Source of the DNA: Candidatus Woesearchaeota archaeon
GTDB lineage: Archaea; Nanobdellota; Nanobdellia; SCGC-AAA011-G17; PNOQ01
Length of the DNA stretch: 64,000 nt
Assembly: GCA_964344555.1 (NCBI GenBank)
Contig: CAYFNK010000002.1
Location: 1,498 to 65,497, forward strand
Reading direction: 5' to 3'
In this document: in pieces, positions 17,828-27,484 of the stretch
Numbering within the stretch: the stretch's first letter is position 1
Layout of the letters: the number at the start of each line of letters is the position of its first letter
Translations under genes and position numbers: made by a program
Notes under the pieces: model-generated
Told to the model about the DNA's origin: nothing
The model's input: the letters and a program-made list of their open reading frames with translations, nothing else
Databases searched by the model: none

Positions 17828-18556
17828 TTATTTCTTTAATTTATTTACCATGTGGTAAGAGATGAATATTAAAGGTAAGCTAACCAATTGTCCCCAGGTA
17901 AATCCAAAGATGTAAGTATCTATTACTCTTAGGTATTCTACAAAAAATCTTAGAGTTGAATAAAGTAAGACAAATAACCAGAAGATAAATCCTCTTTTGT
18001 GTTTCTTTAAGTTATATGTTTTAAATAAAACTATGAAAATGAATAGATTTTTTAGAGATTCATAAATCTGAGTTGGATGTCTTTTTCCTTCTACTCCAGG
18101 AAATTCAACAGCCCACGGTAAGGTAGTTATTGGCCCGTAAAATTCTGCGTTTAGGAAATTTCCTATTCTTCCTAGAGATAAAGCTAATGCTAGAGGTACC
18201 ACTAATATGTCTGCAAAATCATAGAAATGAATGTTTTTTTTCTTGCAATAGTATGATGTTGCTATAACTGCTCCTAGAAATCCACCATGAAAAACCATGC
18301 CTCCGTTCCATACTGCAAGGATTTGATATAAATTTTGAGAGTAAAATTCCCAGTTACCTAGGACATGAGCTAGTCTTCCACCAATGATTGAAAATGGAAT
18401 TAAATATATGAAAAAATCTTGCATATCTTCTTCTGAAATGTTTCTAGACTTAGCTAAGATTGGAGTAAACCAATATGCAAATAAGAATCCAACGGCATAG
18501 AATATTCCGTACCATCTAACTGAAAAACTTCCTATTTGAAAAGCTATCGGGTCCAT
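17828..18556 (-). CDS. lgt: Prolipoprotein diacylglyceryl transferase
   Basis: Lgt motifs RWYGIFYAVG, GGMVFHGGFLGAV, LGRIGNFLNAEFYG, RHPTQIYES. Confidence 0.85.
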   Translation of the reverse strand: MDPIAFQIGSFSVRWYGIFYAVGFLFAYWFTPILAKSRNISEEDMQDFFIYLIPFSIIGGRLAHVLGNWEFYSQNLYQILAVWNGGMVFHGGFLGAVIATSYYCKKKNIHFYDFADILVVPLALALSLGRIGNFLNAEFYGPITTLPWAVEFPGVEGKRHPTQIYESLKNLFIFIVLFKTYNLKKHKRGFIFWLFVLLYSTLRFFVEYLRVIDTYIFGFTWGQLVSLPLIFISYHMVNKLKK

Positions 18557-19059
18557 AGTTTCTTGATTTTTTTGTTATTAATAAGAATTGTGCTTATGGT
18601 TGCGATTATTCCTGTGATTATTACGAACATGCTTTTGAAATATTCTAGGGGGTAATCTTGGATCAGTTTTGAATCAGATGGAAGTAGCCAATTTGTTGAA
18701 TCAAATGAAAGTATATGGAAATAGTGGAAAAATGTTTGGAAGAAAATTGCAAAGAAGACAAATAATCCTACAAATAGTAAACCTAAATATCCTGAAGTTT
18801 GTAACACTTTGTTATCTGGTTTTAATAAGGTAATTATGAAAAGGAAAAATAAACCAAGTTTTAGACTTACAAACGACAAATCTTTTACTTCTTGCATATG
18901 TACTTTTTCTTTTTCTGTGTACTCGTCTGAAAGTTCTTCTCCTTTGTAAAAGAAATTTTTTAGATTTTCATCTTTGTGAATTTCAACTAAGAATACTAAA
19001 TTTATTGCTAGAATTACGATTAATAGAGATATAAGGAATGAAGTTATTTGTTTTTTCAT
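18544..19059 (-). CDS. DUF1461 (TIGR01906)-like membrane protein, the family of lipoprotein intramolecular transacylase Lit
   Basis: An N-terminal TM, then EKVHMQEVKDL (family E..HM.DVK.L pattern from memory), then three TM and FHYFHILSFDSTNWLLPSDSKLIQDYPLEYF. It overlaps lgt by 13 nt. Confidence 0.5.
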   Translation of the reverse strand: MKKQITSFLISLLIVILAINLVFLVEIHKDENLKNFFYKGEELSDEYTEKEKVHMQEVKDLSFVSLKLGLFFLFIITLLKPDNKVLQTSGYLGLLFVGLFVFFAIFFQTFFHYFHILSFDSTNWLLPSDSKLIQDYPLEYFKSMFVIITGIIATISTILINNKKIKKLWTR

Positions 19060-19077
19060 TAAGTAAAATTAGAAAGT

Positions 19078-19623
19078 TTAGGTTATAATTTTTTCTGTTT
19101 TTATGAATTTAAGTATTTCTTGTCTAACCTCTTCTATATCTAAATTTGTTGTGTCTAGAACCAAATCGTATTGTAATTCGTTCATACAGTCTACATTGTA
19201 ATATTGGCTGTATCTTGTTTTGTCTGATTTTTCTCTTTCTATTAAAGATGCTATTGAGTCTCCAATATCTCTGAATTTTTCTTCAGTTCTTTCGTCGTTG
19301 TAAACTCTTTCCGCCCTTGTTCTTAGGTGTGCTTTTAAGAAAATTTTTATTGAATCTGGTATGAAATAATAACTTAGTCTTCCGTCTATTATGAAGTTGT
19401 TTTCTTTTTTAGCTAGTTCTTTTTGATATTCGTCTACTTGTTTGTCTGTAAAATCCCTCTTTTCCCCCAGTTCGTTTAATTCTGCTAGAGTGATATTTCT
19501 ATTCTGTGCCATTTTTCTTCTTAAATCTCCCATTGAATAATGTTTTAGATTTAGAGACTGAGCTAGTTCTTTTGCTACACTGCTCTTTCCTGAGCCTGCT
19601 TGACCAGAAATTGAGATTATCAT
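19078..19623 (-). CDS. cmk: Cytidylate kinase (archaeal type)
   Basis: P-loop ISGQAGSGKSS, with length and layout matching archaeal CMP kinases. Confidence 0.7.
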   Translation of the reverse strand: MIISISGQAGSGKSSVAKELAQSLNLKHYSMGDLRRKMAQNRNITLAELNELGEKRDFTDKQVDEYQKELAKKENNFIIDGRLSYYFIPDSIKIFLKAHLRTRAERVYNDERTEEKFRDIGDSIASLIEREKSDKTRYSQYYNVDCMNELQYDLVLDTTNLDIEEVRQEILKFIKTEKIIT

Positions 19624-19686
19624 TGAATTGATTAATTTGATTTTGATTTAAAAAAATTTATATAGTGAATTTTTATTCTTTCTTTT

Positions 19687-19965
19687 ATGGATAAAATAAC
19701 TAAAGAGAAGTTAGAGAAGTATTTTTCTTTTACCGGGGAAGCTTACGACATGGCTAAGAAGAATATTGGTAATGAGAAATATGCTGAAGATTTCTTAGAT
19801 ATGATCTCTAGATATATCTCTGATGCTAAGCATTTTTATGAAAAAGGAGATTTTGTTAATGCATTTGCAGCTTTGAATTATGCTCATGGTTGGTTAGACG
19901 CTGGAGCACGTGCAGAAATCTTTGATGTTCATGATTCTAGATTGTTTACTGTTGATGGAACTTAG
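19687..19965 (+). CDS. DUF357-like small archaeal protein
   Basis: AKHFYEKGDFVNAFAALNYAHGWLDAG matches the DUF357 pattern as I recall it. Confidence 0.5.
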   Translation: MDKITKEKLEKYFSFTGEAYDMAKKNIGNEKYAEDFLDMISRYISDAKHFYEKGDFVNAFAALNYAHGWLDAGARAEIFDVHDSRLFTVDGT

Positions 19966-20506
19966 GGTACCAATCTGCTAACAATCTATCTATCTTCATG
20001 TGAAATAAATCTAAATCTTTATTATTATTTACAACTATGTCTGCCATTCCTGTAACAATATGTAATTGTTGGTCTGTAATTACTTCACTTTGTTCTAATC
20101 TTTCTTTTTGTATAAACTCTTCAAAAGTTATTGGATCTCCTTTTCTTCCTCTTTGAACTAATCTATCGAATCTAGATTCGACTGGAGCAATAACATTCAC
20201 TAAAACAAAATCCTTTCTTTCTTTTAGTTTTAGAACTTCTTCTTTGTTTCTTATTGATGTTAAAACATAATCTTTGTTATCTTTAACTTTTTTTAGAACC
20301 CTATTTGCTAATTCTGAAGGACCATGTTTTCTTCTAATTTCATTTCCCATACCTATGAGGTTCTTTCTTGTTCCCATTTTTTTCTTTTTCTTTAATTCTT
20401 TTCTAATCTCATCTGATAGAGATAGATGTGAGAATCCTTCACTTTCTAGAAACTTAGCAAATTCGTCCTTTCCAGAACCATAATAGCCTGTTACTCCAAA
20501 TATCAT
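19946..20506 (-). CDS. P-loop nucleotide kinase (UPF0200 / dephospho-CoA-kinase-like)
   Basis: P-loop GVTGYYGSGKDE. The overall layout resembles the archaeal UPF0200 family. Confidence 0.55.
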   Translation of the reverse strand: MIFGVTGYYGSGKDEFAKFLESEGFSHLSLSDEIRKELKKKKKMGTRKNLIGMGNEIRRKHGPSELANRVLKKVKDNKDYVLTSIRNKEEVLKLKERKDFVLVNVIAPVESRFDRLVQRGRKGDPITFEEFIQKERLEQSEVITDQQLHIVTGMADIVVNNNKDLDLFHMKIDRLLADWYPKFHQQ

Positions 20507-20588
20507 AAAATTGTGAATTCAATAAAGCTTAAAAAAATAACTAAATTAAAGTAAATTTTAAAAATAGTAAATTTCAGGTTTAATTTTA

Positions 20589-21257
20589 ATGAAAAAGGTG
20601 GTAATAAGTTTAGGTGGTTCTGTTATAGTTCCTGATAAGGTGGACTATAATTATCTTTTGAAATTTAAAAAAACTGTTTCTGGATTTTATAGAAAGAATA
20701 AACTTGTAATTATTACAGGTGGTGGAAGTACCGCTAGAAACTATATGGATCTAAAGAAATTTGATTACAAAACTAAAAGTTTAATTGGTATTGCTTCCAC
20801 TAAGCTAAATGCTAGATTAGTTTCTGGAGTATTTGGTAAGAAAGAAAATATTCCGGATAGGGTGAAGGATGTGAAAAAAGCTTTGAAAAAATCTAATCTT
20901 GTTATTTGTGGTGCTTTAGGAATGAAACCTCATAGTACTACTGACGGTAATGCAGCAGAAATAGCCGATGCAATAAATGCAGATTTGTTTATAAATATGA
21001 CAAATATCAAAGGGCTTTATGATAAGCATCCTGGAAGGTATAAAAGTGCAAATTATATTCCCAAAATTTCTTTTAGTGATTTTAAGAAACTAGCTAGTAA
21101 GATTAAATTTAAGGCTGGTCAACACTTTGTTCTTGATCAATTGGCTGCTAAATTAATTGCTAAAAATAAAGTTAAAACTGTAATTATTAGTCAGAGTTTG
21201 GCTAACTTGAAAAAGGTGTTACAAGGCAAAAAGTTTATAGGGACTACTATTAATTAA
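20589..21257 (+). CDS. pyrH: UMP kinase (archaeal amino-acid-kinase fold)
   Basis: KVVISLGGSV, ITGGGSTAR, TTDGNAAEIA. Its 222 aa is typical for archaeal PyrH. Confidence 0.8.
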   Translation: MKKVVISLGGSVIVPDKVDYNYLLKFKKTVSGFYRKNKLVIITGGGSTARNYMDLKKFDYKTKSLIGIASTKLNARLVSGVFGKKENIPDRVKDVKKALKKSNLVICGALGMKPHSTTDGNAAEIADAINADLFINMTNIKGLYDKHPGRYKSANYIPKISFSDFKKLASKIKFKAGQHFVLDQLAAKLIAKNKVKTVIISQSLANLKKVLQGKKFIGTTIN

Positions 21258-21262
21258 TTTTT

Positions 21263-21754
21263 ATGATAATTACTGTTACAGGTTCGGTGGGTTCAGGTAA
21301 AACTACTATTGCTAAGAAACTATCTAAGGCTTTGAAGTTTAAGTATGTAGATGTTAATCTTTTAATTAAAAAAAATAAGATTCATGAAGAATATGATAGG
21401 ACAAATAAATGCTATGTTGTTGATACTGAAAAACTAAACAAGTTTTTGATTGAATTGATTGTAGATAATGAAAATTTAATTCTTGATTCTCATCTAAGTC
21501 ATTACTTGCCTGAAAAATATGTTGATCTTTGTATTGTTACTTTGTGTGATATAGAAGTTCTTGGTAAAAGATTAAAGAAAAGAAAATATTCTAAAAGTAA
21601 AGTTGCTGATAATTTGGAGGCTGAAATATTTAGGGCCTGTTTGTTTGAGGCTAAAAAGAATAAACATAAGGTTTTAGTAATAGATACTTCTGAAAAGTTT
21701 GATATTAAGAATGTTGTAAATTATATTAAAAAAGCGCCTAAGAAATTAAATTAA
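21263..21754 (+). CDS. Adenylate kinase isoenzyme 6 / Fap7-like NTPase
   Basis: P-loop VTGSVGSGKTT and DSHLSHYLP. About 160 aa, as for AK6. Confidence 0.65.
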   Translation: MIITVTGSVGSGKTTIAKKLSKALKFKYVDVNLLIKKNKIHEEYDRTNKCYVVDTEKLNKFLIELIVDNENLILDSHLSHYLPEKYVDLCIVTLCDIEVLGKRLKKRKYSKSKVADNLEAEIFRACLFEAKKNKHKVLVIDTSEKFDIKNVVNYIKKAPKKLN

Positions 21755-21829
21755 AGATCCGAAAACCTAAAATCTAACTTCAAAGGCAGTATAATACTTA
21801 CACAACTACTATATAAATATTATTACACT

Positions 21830-22141
21830 TTAGAGTATACAAGATTCTGCGGTCAATCTGCCATCAATCGGTCCATAAGAAGTAACTCTTATTTTTCCAA
21901 AATCATAGTAATTTGTCGAATAACCTCTGAATAATTCTCTCTCTCCATCTATCTTAATCACGGCTAAATTTCTTTCTTCAACTTCTAATTGCATACTGTG
22001 TCTTTCAACCTCTTGGGGCGGGATGTTTATATCTAATAAAAGTTCTTCACATCCTCTCGGAGAAAATTGCTCTCCCCCTCTTAGAAAATATAGAAATATT
22101 GCTAAAACAATTACAATTAGAATCCATGCTTGTTTTTTCAT
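21830..22141 (-). CDS. Small membrane-anchored/secreted protein
   Basis: N-terminal TM AWILIVIVLAIFLYFL; no motif recognised. Confidence 0.45.
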   Translation of the reverse strand: MKKQAWILIVIVLAIFLYFLRGGEQFSPRGCEELLLDINIPPQEVERHSMQLEVEERNLAVIKIDGERELFRGYSTNYYDFGKIRVTSYGPIDGRLTAESCIL

Positions 22142-22215
22142 GGTATTTTATTTGTTGACAAGTTTAAAAGTTTTATTATAATAATCTTTAAATAATAGAA
22201 TATCTTAGTATTTGT

Positions 22216-22407
22216 ATGAAATGGAGATTATTCATAGGTGAAGCCGTAGTTTGGATTTTGTTTGCATACTATGCTTTGTTTAGTATAAAAAACGAAGTGA
22301 ATCTATGGACTAGTGCTGTGATTTTGGTAGCATTATGTTATCTGGCCTTTTACTTATGTCCTTGGTTTAGAGAAACTGCTGCATACAAGAAAATGATGAA
22401 AGCTTAG
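22216..22407 (+). CDS. Small membrane protein (2 TM)
   Basis: Two hydrophobic helices; ORF only. Confidence 0.4.
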   Translation: MKWRLFIGEAVVWILFAYYALFSIKNEVNLWTSAVILVALCYLAFYLCPWFRETAAYKKMMKA

Positions 22408-22441
22408 TTAGTTTTTTAAACTAAGTTAATAAATTATTTCT

Positions 22442-22933
22442 ATGAAACAGCTAGTCTTATCTCAAGATAAAATATTTGAAAATAAATTAGATATCAAAAC
22501 TGAGAAAGTTAATATCATTAGTTCTAGTCCTTCTAAGTTAAGGCAAGATATTCAGAAATGTGATGGATTAGTTGTTATTCAAGGTGGAGATGAAAAAATC
22601 AATAGATTAGCTGTTGAAAACAGAAAAGTTGATATTTTGTTGAGTCCTGAAAAGAATAATAAGAAAGATTTCATGTTTTTTAGAAATTCTGGGCTAAATC
22701 AAGTACTTTGTAAGCTTGCAAAAAAGAATAATGTTGCAATTGGATTTAATTTTCTTGATGTTTTGAACTCAGAAGGAAGAGAAAGGTCAAAGATATTAGG
22801 AAGAATGGCTCAAAATGTTAGATTATGTAGGAAATACAAGGTGAAAATGGTGTTTTCTAGCTTTGCAAAAAACAAGTTTGAATTGAGAAATGAAACTATT
22901 TTAGTCAGTTTTGCTAAAATCTTGAGATTTTAG
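22442..22933 (+). CDS. rnp3: RNase P protein component 3 (Rpp30), short form
   Basis: VDILLSPE, GLNQVLCKLAKKNNVAIGFNF, KYKVKMVFSSFA..ELR. It occupies the expected position in the exosome superoperon. Confidence 0.7.
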   Translation: MKQLVLSQDKIFENKLDIKTEKVNIISSSPSKLRQDIQKCDGLVVIQGGDEKINRLAVENRKVDILLSPEKNNKKDFMFFRNSGLNQVLCKLAKKNNVAIGFNFLDVLNSEGRERSKILGRMAQNVRLCRKYKVKMVFSSFAKNKFELRNETILVSFAKILRF

Positions 22934-22981
22934 TGGAAAGTTTTATATATTTTCTAGTTCATATGTTTAATTTTACCTAAA

Positions 22982-23485
22982 ATGTATGAAGATATTAAAG
23001 TTAATTTTGTAAAACCTATGCTTGTTCTTAAAATAAGAGAAACCTACAAGGCTCCTTATCATAAAAACAAGTTTCTTTCAGTAAGTAAGATAAATTGTGC
23101 CAGTATTCCAGATTTTAAGAAATTTATGCATCAGTATATTGGAAATTGGTCAAGCGGTAGTTATGATCTTCAATTTGTGTATAAAGAAGGAACTTATTCT
23201 CAGAATACGATATATTCTACCTTGATTAGAATAGATGTTAGAGAAGGAAAGGTTGTGAAGATTTGGAAAAGTTCTCCATATACTAAGAAAGAATATCCTC
23301 TTTGGGGAGTATTCAAGGAATTTAGAGCTAAAAGAAAGGCTGCTAAAAAAACTGTTAAGAAGAATCCTAAGAAAAAGAAAGTTGTTAAGAAAAAACCAGT
23401 GAAGAAGAAGACGGTTAAGAAGAAAATAGATAAGAAAAAAGTAATGAAGAAGCCGAAGAAGAAACCAGCTAAGAAGAAAAAATAA
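22982..23485 (+). CDS. Hypothetical protein with a roughly 50-aa Lys-rich tail
   Basis: The globular N-terminal roughly 115 aa has no motif I recognise. The tail is KRKAAKKTVKKNPKKKKVVKKKPVKKKTVKKKIDKKKVMKKPKKKPAKKKK. Confidence 0.55.
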   Translation: MYEDIKVNFVKPMLVLKIRETYKAPYHKNKFLSVSKINCASIPDFKKFMHQYIGNWSSGSYDLQFVYKEGTYSQNTIYSTLIRIDVREGKVVKIWKSSPYTKKEYPLWGVFKEFRAKRKAAKKTVKKNPKKKKVVKKKPVKKKTVKKKIDKKKVMKKPKKKPAKKKK

Positions 23486-23556
23486 ATAGAAACTTTTATA
23501 AAAAAGAATTAATTTTAAAATATTGTCGAGAGAGATAGGAGTTATCTTCTCAAGGT

Positions 23557-23898
23557 TTGAATATGAAGCCTTTATTACCAAGTTTACGAGAAAAAAAACG
23601 TTATGTTGTCTTTGAAATTGTAGGTAATAAGATTGATAAGAAGAAAGCAGAAAAGGAAATAAATTCCAATTTACTTAAATTTCTTGGAGAATTGGGTGTT
23701 TCAAGAGCAAATATCAAAATAATTGGTGATTCTTGGAAGAACAATAAAGGTGTTATTAGAGTAAAAGTTAAATACTTGGATGAACTGAAAATGTCATTAG
23801 GATTGATTAAAAAACTAAATAACAAAAAAGTAATAGTTAATGTTATTGGTGTTTCAGGAATATTAAAAAAAGCAAAAAGTAAATTTATGGAGGGATAA
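23557..23898 (+). CDS. rnp2: RNase P protein component 2 (Pop5)
   Basis: LREKKRYVVFEIVG at the N-terminus and about 113 aa, in the position upstream of psmA. Confidence 0.7.
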   Translation: MNMKPLLPSLREKKRYVVFEIVGNKIDKKKAEKEINSNLLKFLGELGVSRANIKIIGDSWKNNKGVIRVKVKYLDELKMSLGLIKKLNNKKVIVNVIGVSGILKKAKSKFMEG

Positions 23899-23901
23899 AT
23901 T

Positions 23902-24624
23902 ATGCAACAAAATAATGCTGCTACTCATCAAATGATGGGTTATGATAGATCTAGTATGTTTAGTCCAGATGGGAGACTTCTACAAGTAGAATATGCTAAG
24001 AAAACTGTAAAACAAGGTACTTCTATAATTGGAATATCTTGTAAGGAAGGAGTTTTACTTCTTGCAGATAGAAGGGCAATAGATAAATTAATGGTTGTAA
24101 ATAATATTGAAAAAGTATTTCAAATAGATGATCATATCGCTTCTGCTGCTGCAGGCATTGTTAGTGATGGCAGAATTTTAATTGAAAAAGCTCAATTACT
24201 AGCTCAACAACATAGAGTTACTTATGATAGTGCAATAGATGTTTCTACTTTGGTTAAAGAAATATGTAATTTGAAACAAGCATATACTCAATATGGTGGA
24301 GCTAGACCTTTTGGAGTATCATTATTAGTTATTGGGGTGGATTCAAGACCAAAGTTGTTCTTAACAGATCCTACAGGGATACAATGGGAATACAAGGCTA
24401 CTGCTATTGGAGAATATGAGGATGAATTAAAGGAGATATTAGCAAAAAATTATAAAGAAACTCTTGGATTAGAAGATTCTACTAGTTTGGCTTTGAAGTC
24501 TTTGAAATCTGTTCTTGGTAAAAATTTTAGTATTGATAAACTTGATGGTGGATACATTATGTTAAAAGATAAGAAATTTACTAAGGTTTCAAAAGAGTTT
24601 TTAAAAAAATGTCTTAGAAAATGA
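23902..24624 (+). CDS. psmA: Proteasome subunit alpha
   Basis: [19 protein letters not shown] signature, with the remainder typical of the alpha subunit. Confidence 0.9.
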   Translation: MQQNNAATHQMMGYDRSSMFSPDGRLLQVEYAKKTVKQGTSIIGISCKEGVLLLADRRAIDKLMVVNNIEKVFQIDDHIASAAAGIVSDGRILIEKAQLLAQQHRVTYDSAIDVSTLVKEICNLKQAYTQYGGARPFGVSLLVIGVDSRPKLFLTDPTGIQWEYKATAIGEYEDELKEILAKNYKETLGLEDSTSLALKSLKSVLGKNFSIDKLDGGYIMLKDKKFTKVSKEFLKKCLRK

Positions 24625-25316
24625 GCGACGTATCATCATCTGTAATTGCAAGATTAAAGAAACAAGATAATGTATTTGAAATTCTGGTAGATTGTGAGAA
24701 AGCAATGGAATTTAGAGCAGGTAATGCTTCTTTAGATGACACTGTTGTGACTACGGATGTATTCAAAGATATTAAAAAAGGAGAACATGCCTCAGAGCAT
24801 GATCTCGGAAAAATATTTGGAACAACTGACAATAGAAAGATTTCTGAAACTATTTTGAAAGATGGAGAAGTACAACTAACTACTGAATATAAAAATAAGT
24901 TAAGAGAGCAAAAGAAAAAACAAGTAATTAATCTTATATCTAGAAATTCTGTTGATCCAAAAACTAACTTGCCACATCCTCCGCAAAGAATTGAAAATGC
25001 TTTGGAAGAAGCAAAAGTAAATATACATGAATTCAAGAATGCAGATGAACAAGTAAAAGATATCGTGAAACAAATCACAGAAATCTTACCAATAAAGTAT
25101 GAAATAAAAGTGCTTTCTATAAAGATCCCTGCAGAGGTTACTGGCCAAAGTTATCCTATTTTGAAGAGATTTGGAAACATTCTTAAAGAGGACTGGCTTA
25201 ACGATGGTTCATTAAATGTTACTGCAGAGGTTCCAGCTGGACTACAAAATGAGTTGTTTGATAAACTCAACAGTTTGGCACATGGTAAGATAGAAGTTAT
25301 AGAAGTTACAAAATAA
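24621..25316 (+). CDS. SBDS/Sdo1 ribosome maturation protein
   Basis: [18 protein letters not shown]-terminal FYSH domain. ATGA overlap with psmA. Confidence 0.8.
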   Translation: MSDVSSSVIARLKKQDNVFEILVDCEKAMEFRAGNASLDDTVVTTDVFKDIKKGEHASEHDLGKIFGTTDNRKISETILKDGEVQLTTEYKNKLREQKKKQVINLISRNSVDPKTNLPHPPQRIENALEEAKVNIHEFKNADEQVKDIVKQITEILPIKYEIKVLSIKIPAEVTGQSYPILKRFGNILKEDWLNDGSLNVTAEVPAGLQNELFDKLNSLAHGKIEVIEVTK

Positions 25317-25330
25317 GGAGAAAAAATAAA

Positions 25331-26017
25331 ATGAGTAAAGTATTAGCAAAAGAAGGTTCTATAGTAGTACCTGGAGAAGATTTGGCTAACGGCATGGATT
25401 ATTTGCCTGGTAGGGGTACATATAGAGAAGGAGAGGATATAGTATCTTCAATAGTCGGTCTATTTAGAGTAGACGGTAGACTTACTAAGGTTATACCTCT
25501 TTCTGGAAAATATCAACCAAAAAGAAATGATATGGTTATTGGAAAAGTAGTAGATATTATGACTGGTGGTTGGAGAGTAGATATAGGCCACATGTTTAAT
25601 GCAGGAATATCTCTTAAAGAAGGTTCAAGAGATTTTATTCCTAATGATGCAAATCTGAGAGATTACTTTGATTGTGGAGACATGATTGTTGGTAAGATTG
25701 TTAACATGAAGGGTCCAAAAATAATTGATATTTCAATGACTATGCCTGGGTGTAGAAAATTAAACGGTGGAAGAATAATTAAAGTTGAGTCTTCTAGAGT
25801 TCCAAGAATTATAGGAAAAGAAGGAAGCATGATAACTATGATTAAAGAAGCTACTGACTGTAATATAACTGTAGGTCAAAATGGTTTAGTATGGATTTCT
25901 GGATCAGATGCTGAGAAAGAGCATAAAGCGGTTAATGCAGTAAAGAAAGTAAATGATGAAGCACCTTCTGAAGGACTAACAGATAAGATAAAGAAGTTTT
26001 TGGGAGGAAAGAAATAA
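25331..26017 (+). CDS. rrp4: Exosome complex RNA-binding protein Rrp4 (S1 + KH)
   Basis: VVPGEDL N-terminal domain, S1 (GKVVDIMTGGWRVDIG), KH (RIIGKEGSMITMIKE). Confidence 0.85.
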   Translation: MSKVLAKEGSIVVPGEDLANGMDYLPGRGTYREGEDIVSSIVGLFRVDGRLTKVIPLSGKYQPKRNDMVIGKVVDIMTGGWRVDIGHMFNAGISLKEGSRDFIPNDANLRDYFDCGDMIVGKIVNMKGPKIIDISMTMPGCRKLNGGRIIKVESSRVPRIIGKEGSMITMIKEATDCNITVGQNGLVWISGSDAEKEHKAVNAVKKVNDEAPSEGLTDKIKKFLGGKK

Positions 26018-26018
26018 A

Positions 26019-26714
26019 ATGGCATACAAGAAAAGATTTGACGGTAGAAAATTTGATGAAGTTAGAGAATTAGAAGCTAAAGTTGGTGTCATAAAGAGAG
26101 CTGATGGGAGTGCAATGTTTAAAATGGGAAAAACTGTTGCTATAGCTGCTGTTTATGGTCCTAGAGATTTATTTCCTAGTTTTTTACAAAATCCTTCTAA
26201 GGCAACACTAAAATGCGTATATGATCTTTTGAGTTTCTCAGTAGATGATAGAAAAAGACCAGGACCTTCAAGAAGAAGTAGTGAAGTTTCTTTGGTTATA
26301 AAAAATTCTTTGGAAACTTCTCTTGACTTGACTAAGTATCCTCTAGCTGGAATAGACATATATGTTTACATAACTCAAGCAGACGCAGGAACAAGAACTG
26401 CAAGTATTAATGCTGCTGCTTTAGCATTAGCTGATGCAGGAATACCAATGAAAGATTTGGTTGCTTCCGTTGCAGTTGGAAAAGTTGCTGATAAAGTCTG
26501 CGTAGATTTAGATAAATCTGAAGAAGACCATTCTGAAGGAGCAACGGACATGCCTGTGGCAATGATGCCTAAAACTGGTAAAGTAACTTTGCTTCAATTG
26601 GATGGTAATATGAGCCAAAAAGAAATAGCTGAAGCTTTAGAAATGGCTAAGAAAACTTGTAAAGAGATTAATAAAGTACAGGTAAAGGCTCTTAAAGAGA
26701 AATATAGGAAGTGA
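26019..26714 (+). CDS. rrp41: Exosome complex exonuclease Rrp41 (RNase PH fold)
   Basis: RFDGRKFDEVR, ADGSAMFKMGKTVAIAAVYGP, TQADAGTRTASINAA. Confidence 0.9.
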   Translation: MAYKKRFDGRKFDEVRELEAKVGVIKRADGSAMFKMGKTVAIAAVYGPRDLFPSFLQNPSKATLKCVYDLLSFSVDDRKRPGPSRRSSEVSLVIKNSLETSLDLTKYPLAGIDIYVYITQADAGTRTASINAAALALADAGIPMKDLVASVAVGKVADKVCVDLDKSEEDHSEGATDMPVAMMPKTGKVTLLQLDGNMSQKEIAEALEMAKKTCKEINKVQVKALKEKYRK

Positions 26715-27484
26715 ATAAGATGACAGATTATATTAAAACATTAATTGAAAAAGACACAAGAATTGATGGTAGAAAACTGAATGAGTATAGAAAACCTGTA
26801 AAAATTGAATACGGAGTTTCTAACAAGGCTGAAGGTTCTGCTAAGGCAATAATTGGAGATACTGAAGTTATTGCTGGTGTAAAGATGAAAGTTGGAGAAC
26901 CTTATTCGGATAATCCTGACGAGGGAACTTTGATTACTACAGCAGAATTGTTACCTTTATCTTCCCCAGAATATTTGCCTGGTCCGCCTAAGGAAAATGC
27001 TATAGAGTTGGCTAGAATAATTGATAGAGGAGTAAGAGAGTCTAAGATGATTGATATGAAGAAACTTTGTATCAGAAAAGGAGAATTGGTGTGGACTTTG
27101 TTCTTAGATATATATACTATCAATGATGACGGTAATTTAATTGATGCTGCTGCTTTGGCTGCTTTGGCTGCCTTGAAGTCTGCAGTATTACCTAAGTTAA
27201 AAGATGATCAAGTTGTTTATGGAGAATTTACAAAGACTAAATTACCTTTAACTATAATTCCGGTTACTTCAACGATAGTTAAAATTGGAGATAAGCTAAT
27301 GGTAGATCCTTGTTTGGATGAAGAAGATTCCATGCAGACTAGATTAAGTGTTGCTGTTTCAGAAAAGGGAAATGTACATGCAATGCAACTTGGTGAAACC
27401 GGTGGTTTGACTTCAAAAGAAGTTGATGAAGCTATAGGTATGGCTAAAAAAACAACTGAAGTTTTGAGAAAGGCATTAAAATGA
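26711..27484 (+). CDS. rrp42: Exosome complex component Rrp42
   Basis: RIDGRKLNEYR, EGSAKAIIGDTEVIAGV, DDGNLIDAAALAALAAL. It overlaps rrp41 by 4 nt. Confidence 0.9.
   Translation: MNKMTDYIKTLIEKDTRIDGRKLNEYRKPVKIEYGVSNKAEGSAKAIIGDTEVIAGVKMKVGEPYSDNPDEGTLITTAELLPLSSPEYLPGPPKENAIELARIIDRGVRESKMIDMKKLCIRKGELVWTLFLDIYTINDDGNLIDAAALAALAALKSAVLPKLKDDQVVYGEFTKTKLPLTIIPVTSTIVKIGDKLMVDPCLDEEDSMQTRLSVAVSEKGNVHAMQLGETGGLTSKEVDEAIGMAKKTTEVLRKALK

Noticed and set aside
23150-23581. Minus-strand 143-aa ORF opposite the Lys-rich-tail gene
   Set aside because: The AAG/AAA repeats read as Phe/Leu-rich nonsense on the other strand. It also overlaps the Pop5 start region. The plus-strand gene fits the operon.
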